Assembly (NCBI RefSeq): GCF_000150275.1
Contig: NW_002060944.1
Coordinates: forward strand, 6,051,102 to 6,115,101
Direction of reading: 5' to 3'
Length of the DNA stretch: 64,000 nucleotides
Origin: Trichoplax adhaerens
Lineage: Eukaryota > Animalia > Placozoa
Positions within the stretch are counted from its first letter, which is position 1. Each line of letters opens with the position of its first letter. A program made the position numbers and the translations under genes. Below the pieces are notes generated by a model that saw only the letters and a list, made by a program, of their open reading frames with translations, had not been told where the DNA came from and made no database searches. Shown one piece after another: positions 1 to 12,100 of the stretch.

Positions 1-2051
1 ATATCGATTAGGTAATTAATTCATCAATCAGAATCAACTATCAACAGACAGGCTCAAGCTTGCTAGGCATAAGCACGAACGATAGTCTTTCCAACCGTTG
101 CACAGATTTGATTCCACACTACTCTGCAATTTTTAGCAATAGATATAGTGCAATTATCAATAAAGTCTAATAATCAATATATCATTCCTGTTTGACTACA
201 ACTATGGTCCATGGGCGTCGTTGATTCATTTGGTTTGTCATATCGCATTGTAGTATTGGAAATCAATGGCGATGTCAATTCTTTTGCAACCATAGTACAG
301 TATATTGTATTGTGGAGCAGCACACCGCATTGTCAACTTGTAGTAATTTTTGCACCTATTCTCGCCATGTTATTGTCGGATTCTATAGTATCTTAACGCT
401 AAATTTCAACCCATAAAATCAATATCCATCGATTCATCATTATTAAATGAAATAATCACTAAAAATATTGGTAACAGGTTGACGTGATGAATAGGATGTC
501 CTAAAACTTTCATTTTTTTTAATTTACGATAATTATCTTATCCTTGATGACGTAAAAGCACGCCTCATCAATTGAAAAATTGTTTTTGTATATGGCACCC
601 GAGAGTAGGTTTTATTTAGAATCACTACCATTGGTAAATTGCTGTAGATGTATAGCATTATCCCTTACAATTCATGACTGACATCCACTTAGAATAACTG
701 TAATTATAACCATAAATTAGTGAATACTACTTTGTTGTCTAACGACGATATTTGTTATTTAATTATTGACCGTTGATTAAATGGTTCTATCAAAAATAGT
801 TTTGCCCAATGTAAACAAATAATTCTATCAGTACATCGGTAGATCGCAGATACAACTATCCTTATTTTCAAACACTATATTATTGAATTCAATGGATTTG
901 TTATTTACTAGATCCACAATATCGCTAATTGAAGATGTCATAAATTTAACCTCCAAGTAATCAATTGATATTTTCCAAATGGAGAGAAAATTCAATTTTC
1001 GATAGCACTCTTAACTTAATCATAGTCTTTACTTTGATCGCGAGAGTAATCTAAATGAATAATTTTAGCATGCATACAAGAATCATAATTCAGCCTATAG
1101 GGGTTACAGCAAGTGCTGAAAATGATTTCCTACTTGACTGTACAGTTAATTTTTCTCAACAACCGCAGCTTCCGTTTTACTTTCCTTTATTTATTTCTAT
1201 TTCATTGATAAATTTACTTTATTTTGTTACATGCGGTTACAAGCTATGAATACAGTCGAGAATTATAGTTACTGTATAATCACATCGATGAATTACTCTA
1301 TGATAGCGTTGTATTTGATCAGACACCATAGTCGCTTCTCATGTTGTAGTCGCATTTGTATACCGTATTGTATGTACACATTAGTGTACTGTATATTCAC
1401 GCATGACATGGAATATCTTCAGCCATATCAAATTATTCAATCCAAATACGCTAAAATGGGATTTAAAAGTAATTGAGGAGACGAAAAAGGATTAATCAAA
1501 TCGCTGCACACGATAGCTGTCACAATTTAAGTATTGGTTTGTCATTGTAGTATGTAAAATAGCTTGCAGGCCATTTTTACTAACTGTAAATAAAAATAAA
1601 ACAATATTGAATGAAGATGAAAAGGATTAGACTCATTTCTGTATAAGATAGTTAATTCACATTTTCGAATAGCTATAGTCAGCATAAGTTGAATGTTGAC
1701 TTGCCATTACGCAAAATAGGTTGTCAGTCACTTTTTCCGATAATTATAATCATTCAGTAACAATATCGCTAGCCAAAAGAGATCACTATCCCTTTCATTA
1801 CAGTAAAAATAGGTTCTAATGCAATTGGAACGGTAACTTGGCATCATCCATGTATGAAAACTTATTTGCTAAAAACGTCCTTGCGTTGTAGTGTATTTAT
1901 TTTAACATTTCAATTTGAAGCCTGTGTAATATTTGGATCGTAACACTTTCATCCTACGGCTTTAATGGAATGGAATTATTCATCAAGTAATTAAATTTAC
2001 TACTTTTATATTTTATATTAATCAAATTTAAATATAACATAAACGAATTAG

Positions 2052-4420
2052 GTCGTCATGGCTCAATCCTTAATTCATATAAGTTCTTGAGTTCCGAACT
2101 CCCTATAAGGTTGGCGCATATTATGAAGGAATTGCGTTATTTGCCTGTTGGATTATTAGATATGCCGTCGGTGCAAAGAGTTGATAATTGGTAATTAAAT
2201 AAAAAAAGTTTCAATCATTGTTTCACGTGATTTAGAATTGTTGAGGTTTTACTTGTTAAGCAACTTAATCAACTTAACTATAGCTACAGTAGGGTTCAAT
2301 ATGATACCTACTCGTACAGAATTAGCTGATATGCAGAATGTAATCCTTGTGTGTGGTATCAATGATGAGTACATGTTATTTTTTATAGGTACGCAACTAG
2401 TTTAATCGAGTTAATCGATTTTAGAGACCAGCACAAAGGTAAATCCTGTGAAGTGACTGCTAAGAATTTTACGAATTTGGTAGCAAACATCAGACAGCGC
2501 CATAATAGCGTAGTAGAAACAATGGCGCAGGTAAATATCTCTACGTATACTGTAAACATATATCTAATTTTTTTCTTAATTGATTTTTACTATGACGGTT
2601 ACAGTTTACTGCATTAAGGAAATGTATAACAATCGCTTACTTTAGGGCATTATAGAATTGAAGCTTGCTAAGAAAGACTATAATTTAGATCAACATCGTT
2701 TACAATATTTTTTAGGTAAGTTTATTATACTCTGATCATTTTTTTGTATTGTTTTGTCGTCTCCTTGTACTTACGAGCTTTAATAGTAAATTTCCATAAT
2801 ATCCTTATATTGTAGATCGCTTCTATACCAACAGAATGAGTATTAGATTATTAATTACGCAACACAACATGCTATTCGGTGAAGAGAATGCAGAAAAAAA
2901 GCATATTGGCTGCATTGATCCGTCTTGTAATTTATCAGAAATTGTTGCAAGTAATATTTTGTTACAAATTATCCAATCAGACTATTTTAATAATTGAACG
3001 TATAGCTCGTTTATAAATCTAATAAGTATTGACTATTTGATTATTTTAAAATTGCAGGTGCAGTTAATAATGCTAGCGAATTATGCGATCAATATTATAT
3101 GGTTGTTCCACCAGTTGATATTAACGAAGCTAACGGTAATTAATTATAAATTATTGGCTAGTATTTTTTAAAGTGCATCATGCAGATTTCCATAAGTACG
3201 GATCACCAGCTCTATCGGTATCATTAACGCGCATAACCATACTATGAAAATCAAATATTTTCTTACTCTGTATATAGCCGTAGAACCTGGTAGTGGTGTT
3301 GATATATGTTACATTCCATCTCATTTGCATTACATGGTGTTTGAACTATTAAAGGTTTGAAATATATTAACGATTTTTTTACGTCTACTCTCACGTGTAA
3401 AAGTATGAGCGAATTCTAAAGGCTGCACTATCTTATATATTTGCGTAGAATTCTATGAGAGCAGTAGTTGAAAATCATCAAAATAATCTCAACTTACCTC
3501 CAATTCAAGTTACTATCACCAAAGGCGAAGAAGACATTCTTATTAGGGTACTGTAGTGCTTAAAATTGAGTAATTAAGTTTGTAATTGTTTGATATGCCA
3601 ATACTCCATTAACTATAGTACTACCGGGATGGGATATGCGGACTTTATTTATGCTAAAAATTCAAATTTTTTCTTTAGATCTGTGATAGAGGAGGGGGTA
3701 TCCCAATCTCAAAATTAGAAGACATTTACAGTTACATGTACTCAACCGCACCTCAAGTAAGACTTGAATAGTTCAGTAGTCTGATAATTAATTATACTGT
3801 ATAATCAAAATAAATACTCAAATACTGCTGCATTAATCTTAAATTAGCCGCCATCACTGGATTTGGTTGCAAGGTCAGAAACAGTAACGCCGCTTGTAAG
3901 TTTGTTAATAACATGAACCACAATTAGATAATAAAATTGATGCTCTTCTGCAATCCCTAACCAATTTAATTTGCTAAGTATTCAAATAATAAACTATCGT
4001 TTGTTTACTTATGGTATGTCCTTTAACTCGCTTAATTTAGGCTGGCTTTGGTGTTGGCCTGCCATTATCTCGCTTGTATGCTAGGTATTTAAACGGAGAT
4101 TTAAAGCTTTCCCCCTTGGAGGGTTATGGTATGGATGCATATATTTATCTAAAGGTACTAATTATTTCTCTAACAAATGATTGTCAATCTACTGTAAAAT
4201 CTAATCGGTATAGAATCTACGCATGTAGGACATTTCAGATAATATTCAGAAATTGATGATATCATATTTATAAAGTCAATTTAATTTGCAGCGATTTTCT
4301 GTGAAAGCCAATGAAGTTCTACCGGTATTTGGCGAAGCAGCATCTCAGCAATATCGTGTTAGAGGATTGAGTGGAGACTGGACCGCATCAGCGAGTAATC
4401 GCAAAGACAAAAGTGGATAA
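2052..4420 (+). CDS. PDK: Mitochondrial pyruvate dehydrogenase kinase, at least 11 exons. The first exon is upstream, possibly ending at the phase-compatible donor at position 11.
   Basis: Spliced exons read [17 protein letters not shown]...[65 protein letters not shown] (N box), ICDRGGGIP (G1), [16 protein letters not shown] (G2) and a C-terminal DW motif. Stop TAA at 4418-4420. Confidence 0.95.
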
Positions 4421-4948
4421 TCTTGAGAATCGTTAACTGCGTATAATCATCATCAATTTGGATGGTATAGTTAATATCATATGCAATTATTGTTCATGCT
4501 GATAGCACACATTTTTGGGACTCGAAGGCTAATATTTTGATACACAGATTGAAAAAATGGCGCATATATAATAATTACGTAATAAATCTGCCATATTTGA
4601 TATATCAAACAAGGAAATGATTACATAATCTGATCACAGAAGCAGTAATTAATTAATTAATCATCGCATATACTTGATATTTAATTTATAATTTAAAACA
4701 ATTTTCAAAAATGACACATTATCAATCGGCAGACTTGTATTTAAATTTTTATGTTATTAGCTGCTATAAATATCTGACTATTTTGTCATATTAAATTCCT
4801 GATGAGTTCGCTAACATTGATTATTGCAATCTCTAGAGAATAGAGCGAAGGTGTATCTTTTAAAGGAGGTTATAAATTTGATATTTTTGAATTTTATTTA
4901 TATTACAATACTTTGAAATGCGGTGTTAAATAAGCTTCCTATGACTTT

Positions 4949-7676
4949 TTACGGCCTCGTTAAAATTTCGACGCCTTGTGAAGTGATAAGAACCGTATGT
5001 TCGCATTGTGCACTTCTGAAATAAAAATGTAATCGATCAGAGGAAAAATTTCGGACTTGTGACTTGTATATTACATCTAATTCAAGATTTCTTTTCAGCG
5101 CGTAGTAATACTGTATAAATCCTTATGAATGCAAGATTAATGAAATGCGAACATGTACATAAATCATCCTTTTAGCGGAAGTCGTTTAAAATCAACAATA
5201 CCTTTTATTGTCTGTTGATATTGCAGTCCATCCGTCTTCAAGAATTTCTGCGTCAGGTGTTCCTTCACAAATGACCGGCTCTAGTATGACCATCAACGCA
5301 ACTTGTTAAATAGCACATAAATACATTGATGGTATCAAATGTAAAGAGTAGTCTACTATTTTTTGGAAACCTATTGTAAAGGTCATTCCAGGTCGCATAT
5401 GTCCCATTTGCCAATTACCTACGAACAGAGTGAATGGAAAAAAAGTAATTTAAGTAAAAAGTTAGATTTATCATAGTAACTGCTAATTACGTTAGATTTA
5501 ATTACAAATTAGTAAAACGTACGATAATGATAGATATGAGGGGGTCCATGAAAATATGATCCAATTCCATGGCCAAGAAACATTTTATTCACAGTAAAGC
5601 CGGCCGCACGCGCCAAGTTGCTGATAAAAGTTTTACCGTAAAAACAACATTTATACATTTATAGAACGGACATTAATAACATGCAATCTGACCTAATCGT
5701 TTTGCCAATATTGCGGAAGGGTACATTCGGCCCACAAATATCAATTGCTTGTTGAAGGCAAAGTTTGGCAGTTTCAACGAGTTGTTGGCCTGTTTCATCT
5801 ACGTTGCCTAATAAAAATGTATCAGAGGTATCGCCGTGATAACCATTATAATAGACCTATGTGATTAAAAGGAACAATAAAAGTTATTCAACTATTAGAA
5901 TTTATTAATACTAGAGTAAGTTGCTATTGTAAAAATTTGATATTATACTACTAGCAGAAAGCAGTCAGGAGTTATAGAAATTGATGTTATGATCGTGACT
6001 TACAGAAATATCAACGTTGATGATGTCTCCATCTTCCAGTGGACGGCTAAATGAGCGAAAAGAGGATTACATACAATGAATAAGCAATATTGAAATGGAT
6101 ATAGTTTTATAGATGTAATTTTATAATTTTTCTTATCTATAAACGTATCGTATGTACGAAGGATATTTTATGAGGCTACACTGTCTACCGTTAGTAACTT
6201 TTATAGATATTTGAATAGTTGGTAGAGTTTAACAGCAATACAATATCAAATGTTTGATCGAATATGATCATCTGTATTAACCTAACCTATCGGGAATTCC
6301 ATGACAAGCAACGTTGTTGACTGAAGTGCATACTGATTTTGGGTAACCATTGTAGTTGAGAGGTGATGGATAAGCACCATGTTGGATTATGTTATCGTGA
6401 ACGAACTGATCAATATCTTCGGTTGTCATCCCAACCTAAAATTGTAGTGTAAAGATCGAAATCAGGCAATATTTATTGTTTACGTTTTTGTACATAGTAC
6501 AGTATACTCGTTGTTGTATACAGTATTTATCGCATCATCAATTAATAAACAGAATTAATGGCAAGGTGGATAACGTTGTATTATACTTTACATCTCAATT
6601 AGCGTCGGACTTAATGCATATGCGTACGAATGTTTTATTTTGATAATTTACGTTTCTTAGGTAGATATTCAAATCGCAGTGAAGTTGGTGTTGGCAATAA
6701 TTAATCATTGTAATGCCATATTTACAGTCTATGTCGATATACAGTAAACGTGAATATTCATTATATGCGCGTGCATGGATTATCAAGGGCTGAAATTTTC
6801 TATGAGCTAATATTGATGCTCTAAACTAAAATTATATTGCCATGTCGTTTTTCAGTGTACCTTAATGTAGTTTTTAACAGAATCTAAAATTCGGTATGCC
6901 AATTGACAAGATCTCTTCATGGCGTCAATCTGGTCTTCATTTTTAATTTCAATAGTGATAGGTGACGGAGGGACTACGCCTGTTAAAGCGTATGGAGGCA
7001 ACGGTATACCTTGTGGGACAGGCTGAGCTGGAGATACTTGTTTAGGTTGTACCAAACTAAATGAAGACCAAGATCTATACGAATACAAGGAATAGACGTG
7101 GTTGTATTTTGTCACTAATTATAATTATAATTATAATTGAATGGTTACATAGCAGTGCTTTAAGTTAAGAGCTAGTTGTACCTAAAAATCTGCCTATATC
7201 GGCTGGAGAATAGCATAGATGGCGAATAGTAATTGCCTATTCGTAGCTTTCCTAAAAAAATCAATAGTTTCAATTGCATTTCTTGAACTGTTTGCATACG
7301 TACGTATCTCTGTCTAGCTCTGGACAACTGGCTGCGTTGTACAGTCGATAGCGTATTCTGCATCATTCAATTCAATTAATGATACTTGATAATACGAATA
7401 ATCTGCACTTATGCCTATGCTAGTTTAGTTATGTGCATAGTATTATGGTTAATTATTGGTTATGGTTGTGTTTTACAGGTCCGAAATCTGATCCACTAGA
7501 TTGCATCAGGTTGCATTTATCCTTGTATTGACAATCGTTATTACGCGTATGGGTCATATCGGTTATTTGCACGAGCAATGATCAACTTGCTGTTGCATTG
7601 ATCTGCTCTGTCTCTAACCTGCCATTTTAAGCATACGGCAACAAGTTGTCAGCCTATTGATTCCTTGTAAAACCAT
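4949..7676 (-). CDS. METAP1D: Mitochondrial methionine aminopeptidase 1D, multi-exon
   Basis: Exons give a basic presequence ([25 protein letters not shown]...RYRQIFR), [68 protein letters not shown] and [11 protein letters not shown]. All five metal ligands are present. The start at 7676 is inferred from phase-compatible splicing. Confidence 0.93.
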
Positions 7677-8003
7677 TCTACCGCATCCAAATTTACGACA
7701 GTATCTAGTATGTGTCAATAGGGTAGTCGATGTAGATCAAATAGCTGGCGAAATTGGATGCTAACATTAAATTGCAAGTTGAAACGATCAGGATGAGTTC
7801 CAACGAGCTGCAAGAGGTCCAGCTAACGACACTTTGAGCTAGCGTCAGTCAGCAAGTGTCGCAGGTCAAAATGAGAAGGCGGACTGTTCTTTTGCTATTT
7901 TGTTGGGTTATTTGACTGTCTCGGAAGACTGGAACCGTACACCATACTATGATCAACTTCGATACCGATGTACAGAAGTACAGACTAGGCAAGTGGTCAT
8001 CCT

Positions 8004-8700
8004 ACAGTACATATTTTCGACGAGGGTTATACAGTACAGTACAGTACTGTACAGTATAAGGGTTCATTGACTATCCCTAGCACCTACAGTACAGTACAGT
8101 ATAAGGGTTCATTGAATACTGTATCCCTAGCACCTACAGTACCGTGTACAATATTGTACTGTAGTTATTACGGCAAGATTTTTGGTACAGTGTACTGTAC
8201 AGTTTACAGTACAGCGATGTGCATTGAATTAGATCCCTTCCATTTTCTCTATAGTTCAAGCTGTTCAAAAGGAAATTTCTTATATGCAGTACTGTTGAGA
8301 AAATTGAAGGGATCTAATTCAATGCACACCACTGTACACTAAAAAAATCTGAAGTACAGTACTGTACTTCGGATTTTTTTATTTTACTGTCCTTCAGATA
8401 AGATTTAAGATTGAGAAGTCGGCCAGAAGTACAGTACAGTACTGTACTGTACAATACTTGATGGTCTAGTACAGACGTCAGGACCACTAGACAGGATCGA
8501 TTCAGTACTGTAGCGTCCTTACGTACAGTTTCGTAGATGATAGACAGACAGACTCTCTCATTGTACATTTATAGGGTACACACCAGTACCAGAAAAAGAA
8601 GAGGGACAGCAGCAAGACGGACATGATGATAGCTCCGGCTGTACAGTGTACAGTGTACAGTACCGTCGTGGACAGTACAGTGGACAGTACTGTAAAAGTC
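8004..8700. repeat. Dense cluster of TACAGTA/TACTGTA (ACAGT pentamer) units, including a ~45-bp tandem duplication (8051-8142) and a 42-bp near-perfect palindrome (8340-8381)
   Basis: Read directly, e.g. tacagtacagtacagtactgtacagta at ~8030-8056, and taaaaaaatctgaagtacagt|actgtacttcggattttttta with one T:G mismatch. Confidence 0.85.
8212..8334. mobile_element. 123-bp MITE with Tc1/mariner-type terminal inverted repeats and TA target-site duplication
   Basis: Left TIR CAGCGATGTGCATTGAATTAGATCCCTTCCATTTTCTC versus reverse complement of the right TIR CAGTGGTGTGCATTGAATTAGATCCCTTCAATTTTCTC (35/38 identical). TA at 8210-8211 and 8335-8336. Confidence 0.8.
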
Positions 8701-8741
8701 ACGGGTTGCTGGTAGAGTTCCTCGAAAGCTTGTTGTGATCG

Positions 8742-8813
8742 TCACATGATGTTTGCGTCATTTTAACATCACATGCTGCGCCTGTTGAAGTGTTGATGAA
8801 CGTCATCATGTGA
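8742..8813 (+). promoter_or_regulatory. Cluster of three CATGTG E-boxes (two full M-boxes, TCATGTGA) upstream of V-ATPase subunit a; putative MiT/TFE sites
   Basis: TCACATGA 8742-8749, TCACATGC 8769-8776 and TCATGTGA 8806-8813, about 380-450 bp upstream of ATG 9190. Confidence 0.6.
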
Positions 8814-9189
8814 ACAGATTCCATACGGAAAACCCACTCTCCAACCTGGTCTATAGTAACAGTATGGGCGACACCAGAATCGGTGTTGTTCATCAGCCAA
8901 GTTAATCAGTGAATTTAATGAAGCCGTCATGGCCACTCCATTGTACTGTACTGTACTATCGACTGAACCGTACCGTACCGTACCGGTCTAAAGTACAGTA
9001 CAAGACAGCAATAAATTATTATTCTGTTACTTCACTCAGACCATCCAGATATTTTTTTAATTTTCACTGGCGGTGCACCAAGCTTTTGCATTGCCTCTTA
9101 GCACAAATTAACCAGTTTTTCCTCACATTGGAGATTATTCTTTTGATGACATACCCATTACTTTAAGGGAAAGACTTGGATTCATCAAG

Positions 9190-12100
9190 ATGGTTTCGTT
9201 ATTTCGTTCGGAAGAGATGACGCTCGCTCAGCTCTTTTTACAGTCCGATTCTGCTTATGCTTGTGTTCGAGAATTGGGAGAATTGGTAAGAATTTTTTTG
9301 TTGGCCACTGCTGTTCAAAAGACAATCTAGTAGTCTCATAGTTGAGAGAGATATTCTACAATGTTGTAATGACCATCAGTTTGCCTACTTTCCAATCCAT
9401 ATTTCAACATGGATTCCTATTGCTGCTATCCGATATGTCAGAGTAGAGAGTACAATTGGGTCGTACAATACAGGACAGCGGCAAAAGTGCACATCCACTT
9501 CCAAACAAATTTCTCATTGAAAACTTGACTTTACTCGATATATATACAGTAGACACCACTCATGTCAATCCTACCGCTTTCTTGATTTTCCCTTTTTAGT
9601 CTTGATTTCTTTTTTTTCGTTTGCAATACTTTCAGTTCTATTGAAAATGATCGATAGCAATAGTCAGTCAATGGCGGTTGGCCTGCTAACTATCTTGTCG
9701 ATAATTAATAATATACAGTACTGTATATATATATATATGTATACTGTACAATGTACATGGGATCGCCATTTCCATAACAACTTATGCAAAGGATGAAGTC
9801 ATGGTGCAAGTTCTGTAGGCTCTACTTCTCGCGACAAGTACTGTATACTTAAAGGTTAATAAAGTAAATCAATCAGTAGTATGACAATGTCTTAACGAGT
9901 AGTAACTTGACTTGCTGGAGAACAACTCCGAAACGAACAGGCCAAAAAATCATGTACTTTTACAGAATACAATATCGGATGGCGACAACATCGCTAATCC
10001 TGCACAAGTAGTTTTTTACTCTCATCAACAGTAAAATGTATCGGTCTTGGGCGCAAAAATAGATTCATAACTACACTACAAAGTGGCTAATCTATCATAC
10101 CTTGTAGCGAGGCTATACTAAAGTATCGACATTTCTGTCTTTAAACAACCAAAGATTACTGTAAATTGTTAACTAATTTTGACCAGCTTTATTAATCAAG
10201 TGCTACTAATTAGCATACTAATAATGGGCTTTTTCTTAACCATTCTTTTAGGGCAAGGTGCTATTTCGTGATGTAAGTTGATTAACTAGCGTTAATTATT
10301 ATTCTTAAATACTCAGCAGATGAACTGTGTTCATTGAAACGTCAATTTATAAAAAATATGTTTTTACAACTGGATTTAATAATCCAAAGTGAAATAAATT
10401 AACTCATACGATGATAACATTGTGCTTTTTTTGATCTTACACAGCTGAATCCTGATGTTAATGCTTTTCAAAGAAAATTTGTCTCGGAAGTAAGACGATG
10501 TGATGAGCTGGAACGAAAACTTCGTAAGTAGCGCTTATGTTACATCGTCATAGTTTAGAAGAAACAGTGTCTAGTTTCACTGTACAGTATTGTTTAAAAT
10601 GCATACACTACGCTCTGTACCTGTTGTACTAATAGAATCCTGTAGAAGAAGCAAGTACTTGAAGAGAAATTTCCCATTTGTTATTACCTAGAACTATGTA
10701 TGCCCTTGATTATTATTTTAATTTCATGTCCAACAATTACGATTGTCAAAGGTTTTCTTAAAGCTGAAATGGAAAAGGAATCCATTCCCATTAAAACGGT
10801 GGAGACTGACTACACTGCTCCATTGCCAAGAGAAATGATCGATTTAGAGGTCAACAAATGGTCTTTTAGTAACCGACAAAAATTTATGCAACAAATACTT
10901 TGATCGATATGATAGATAGTATTAACCGATAGATTATAATTATAAGTACAGTACATTGTAATCCTGTACAACCTTAGAATCGTGATAAAAATACAGTACT
11001 ATAATTTAACGAATACACGTTATCGCTGTACATTGTGTACAATAGATATGTTATCCAAATTCTTAAAGCTTTAAAGATGATAATATTGATTATTACATAA
11101 ATATGTATAAACATTTTAGGCTAGATTGGATCATTTTGAGACTGATATTAGGGAAATCAATAAGCATCAGATGGCTTTGAAAAAAAATCTACTTGATTTG
11201 ATCGAGTTTAGAGCTATTTTGTCAAAAGCAAGCCATTTCTTCATCGAGGTAAATTAACGCAAGACTTTATTTTTACAAATTTTTAGTTTATGGTAGATTT
11301 TTAACAATACAATAAGATCAGTTTCGACCAATGGAATTGCTCCTATAAAAAAAGTTGTCGCTTTTATCTGAAAGCAATCATGAATTATTGATGGATATCA
11401 TCCATTATTTGATAATATTTTTCTATACCATAGGCAGAAGATGCTGTATTTCATCAAGCACAAGAAGTAGTACCCGATGAAGGAAGCAAATCTCTTTTAA
11501 TTGAAGATGGAATGCCAGAAAAATCGATTCAGTCATCACGACCAATGAGGTTAGAAATCGCATTATAGCGATTCATTCTGTAGAATTTTCTATCGTCCAA
11601 TACTAATTATACAATTGTTGTTCTTCAACAAATTTCATAGCTTCTTATCTGGTGTAATTAACCGAGATCATCTCGCCGCGTTTGAACGAGTTATTTGGCG
11701 GACTTCTCGTGGTAACGCTTTCTTTCGCCATGTAGAAATCGAGACACCGTTAGAAGATCCCAAAACGGTTATTATAATTATTGCATATACAGTATTGAAA
11801 AAGTATTGAAGTAATTAAAGTACTTAGCTAGTAATGGTATACTGTACAGTACGTACGAGTATAAATATATATATATATATATATATACAGTATATTGACA
11901 TATATATATATACTTCAAGTCATGAGATATTCTTATAACCTCTAAACAATAAAATTCAGGGTGATATGATTAGCAAGTGTGCTTTCATGATATTTCTACA
12001 AGGCAATCACTTAAGATCACGTATGATGAAAATCTGTGAAGGGTATGTACCATTTTGTTTGGTTCATTTTAGTCCCTACGTCACTTGTGGCACTAATAAA

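Noticed and set aside
2795-2815. ATATCCTT resembling a U12 intron signal (also GTATCCTT at ~36188)
   Set aside because: Not at a donor position; the introns concerned have ordinary U2-type GT donors.
8067-9166. ORF-track ORFs rich in TVQY/STVL/YCT, and ORF 8699-8893
   Set aside because: They are translations of the ACAGT cluster and promoter sequence, with no recognisable domain.
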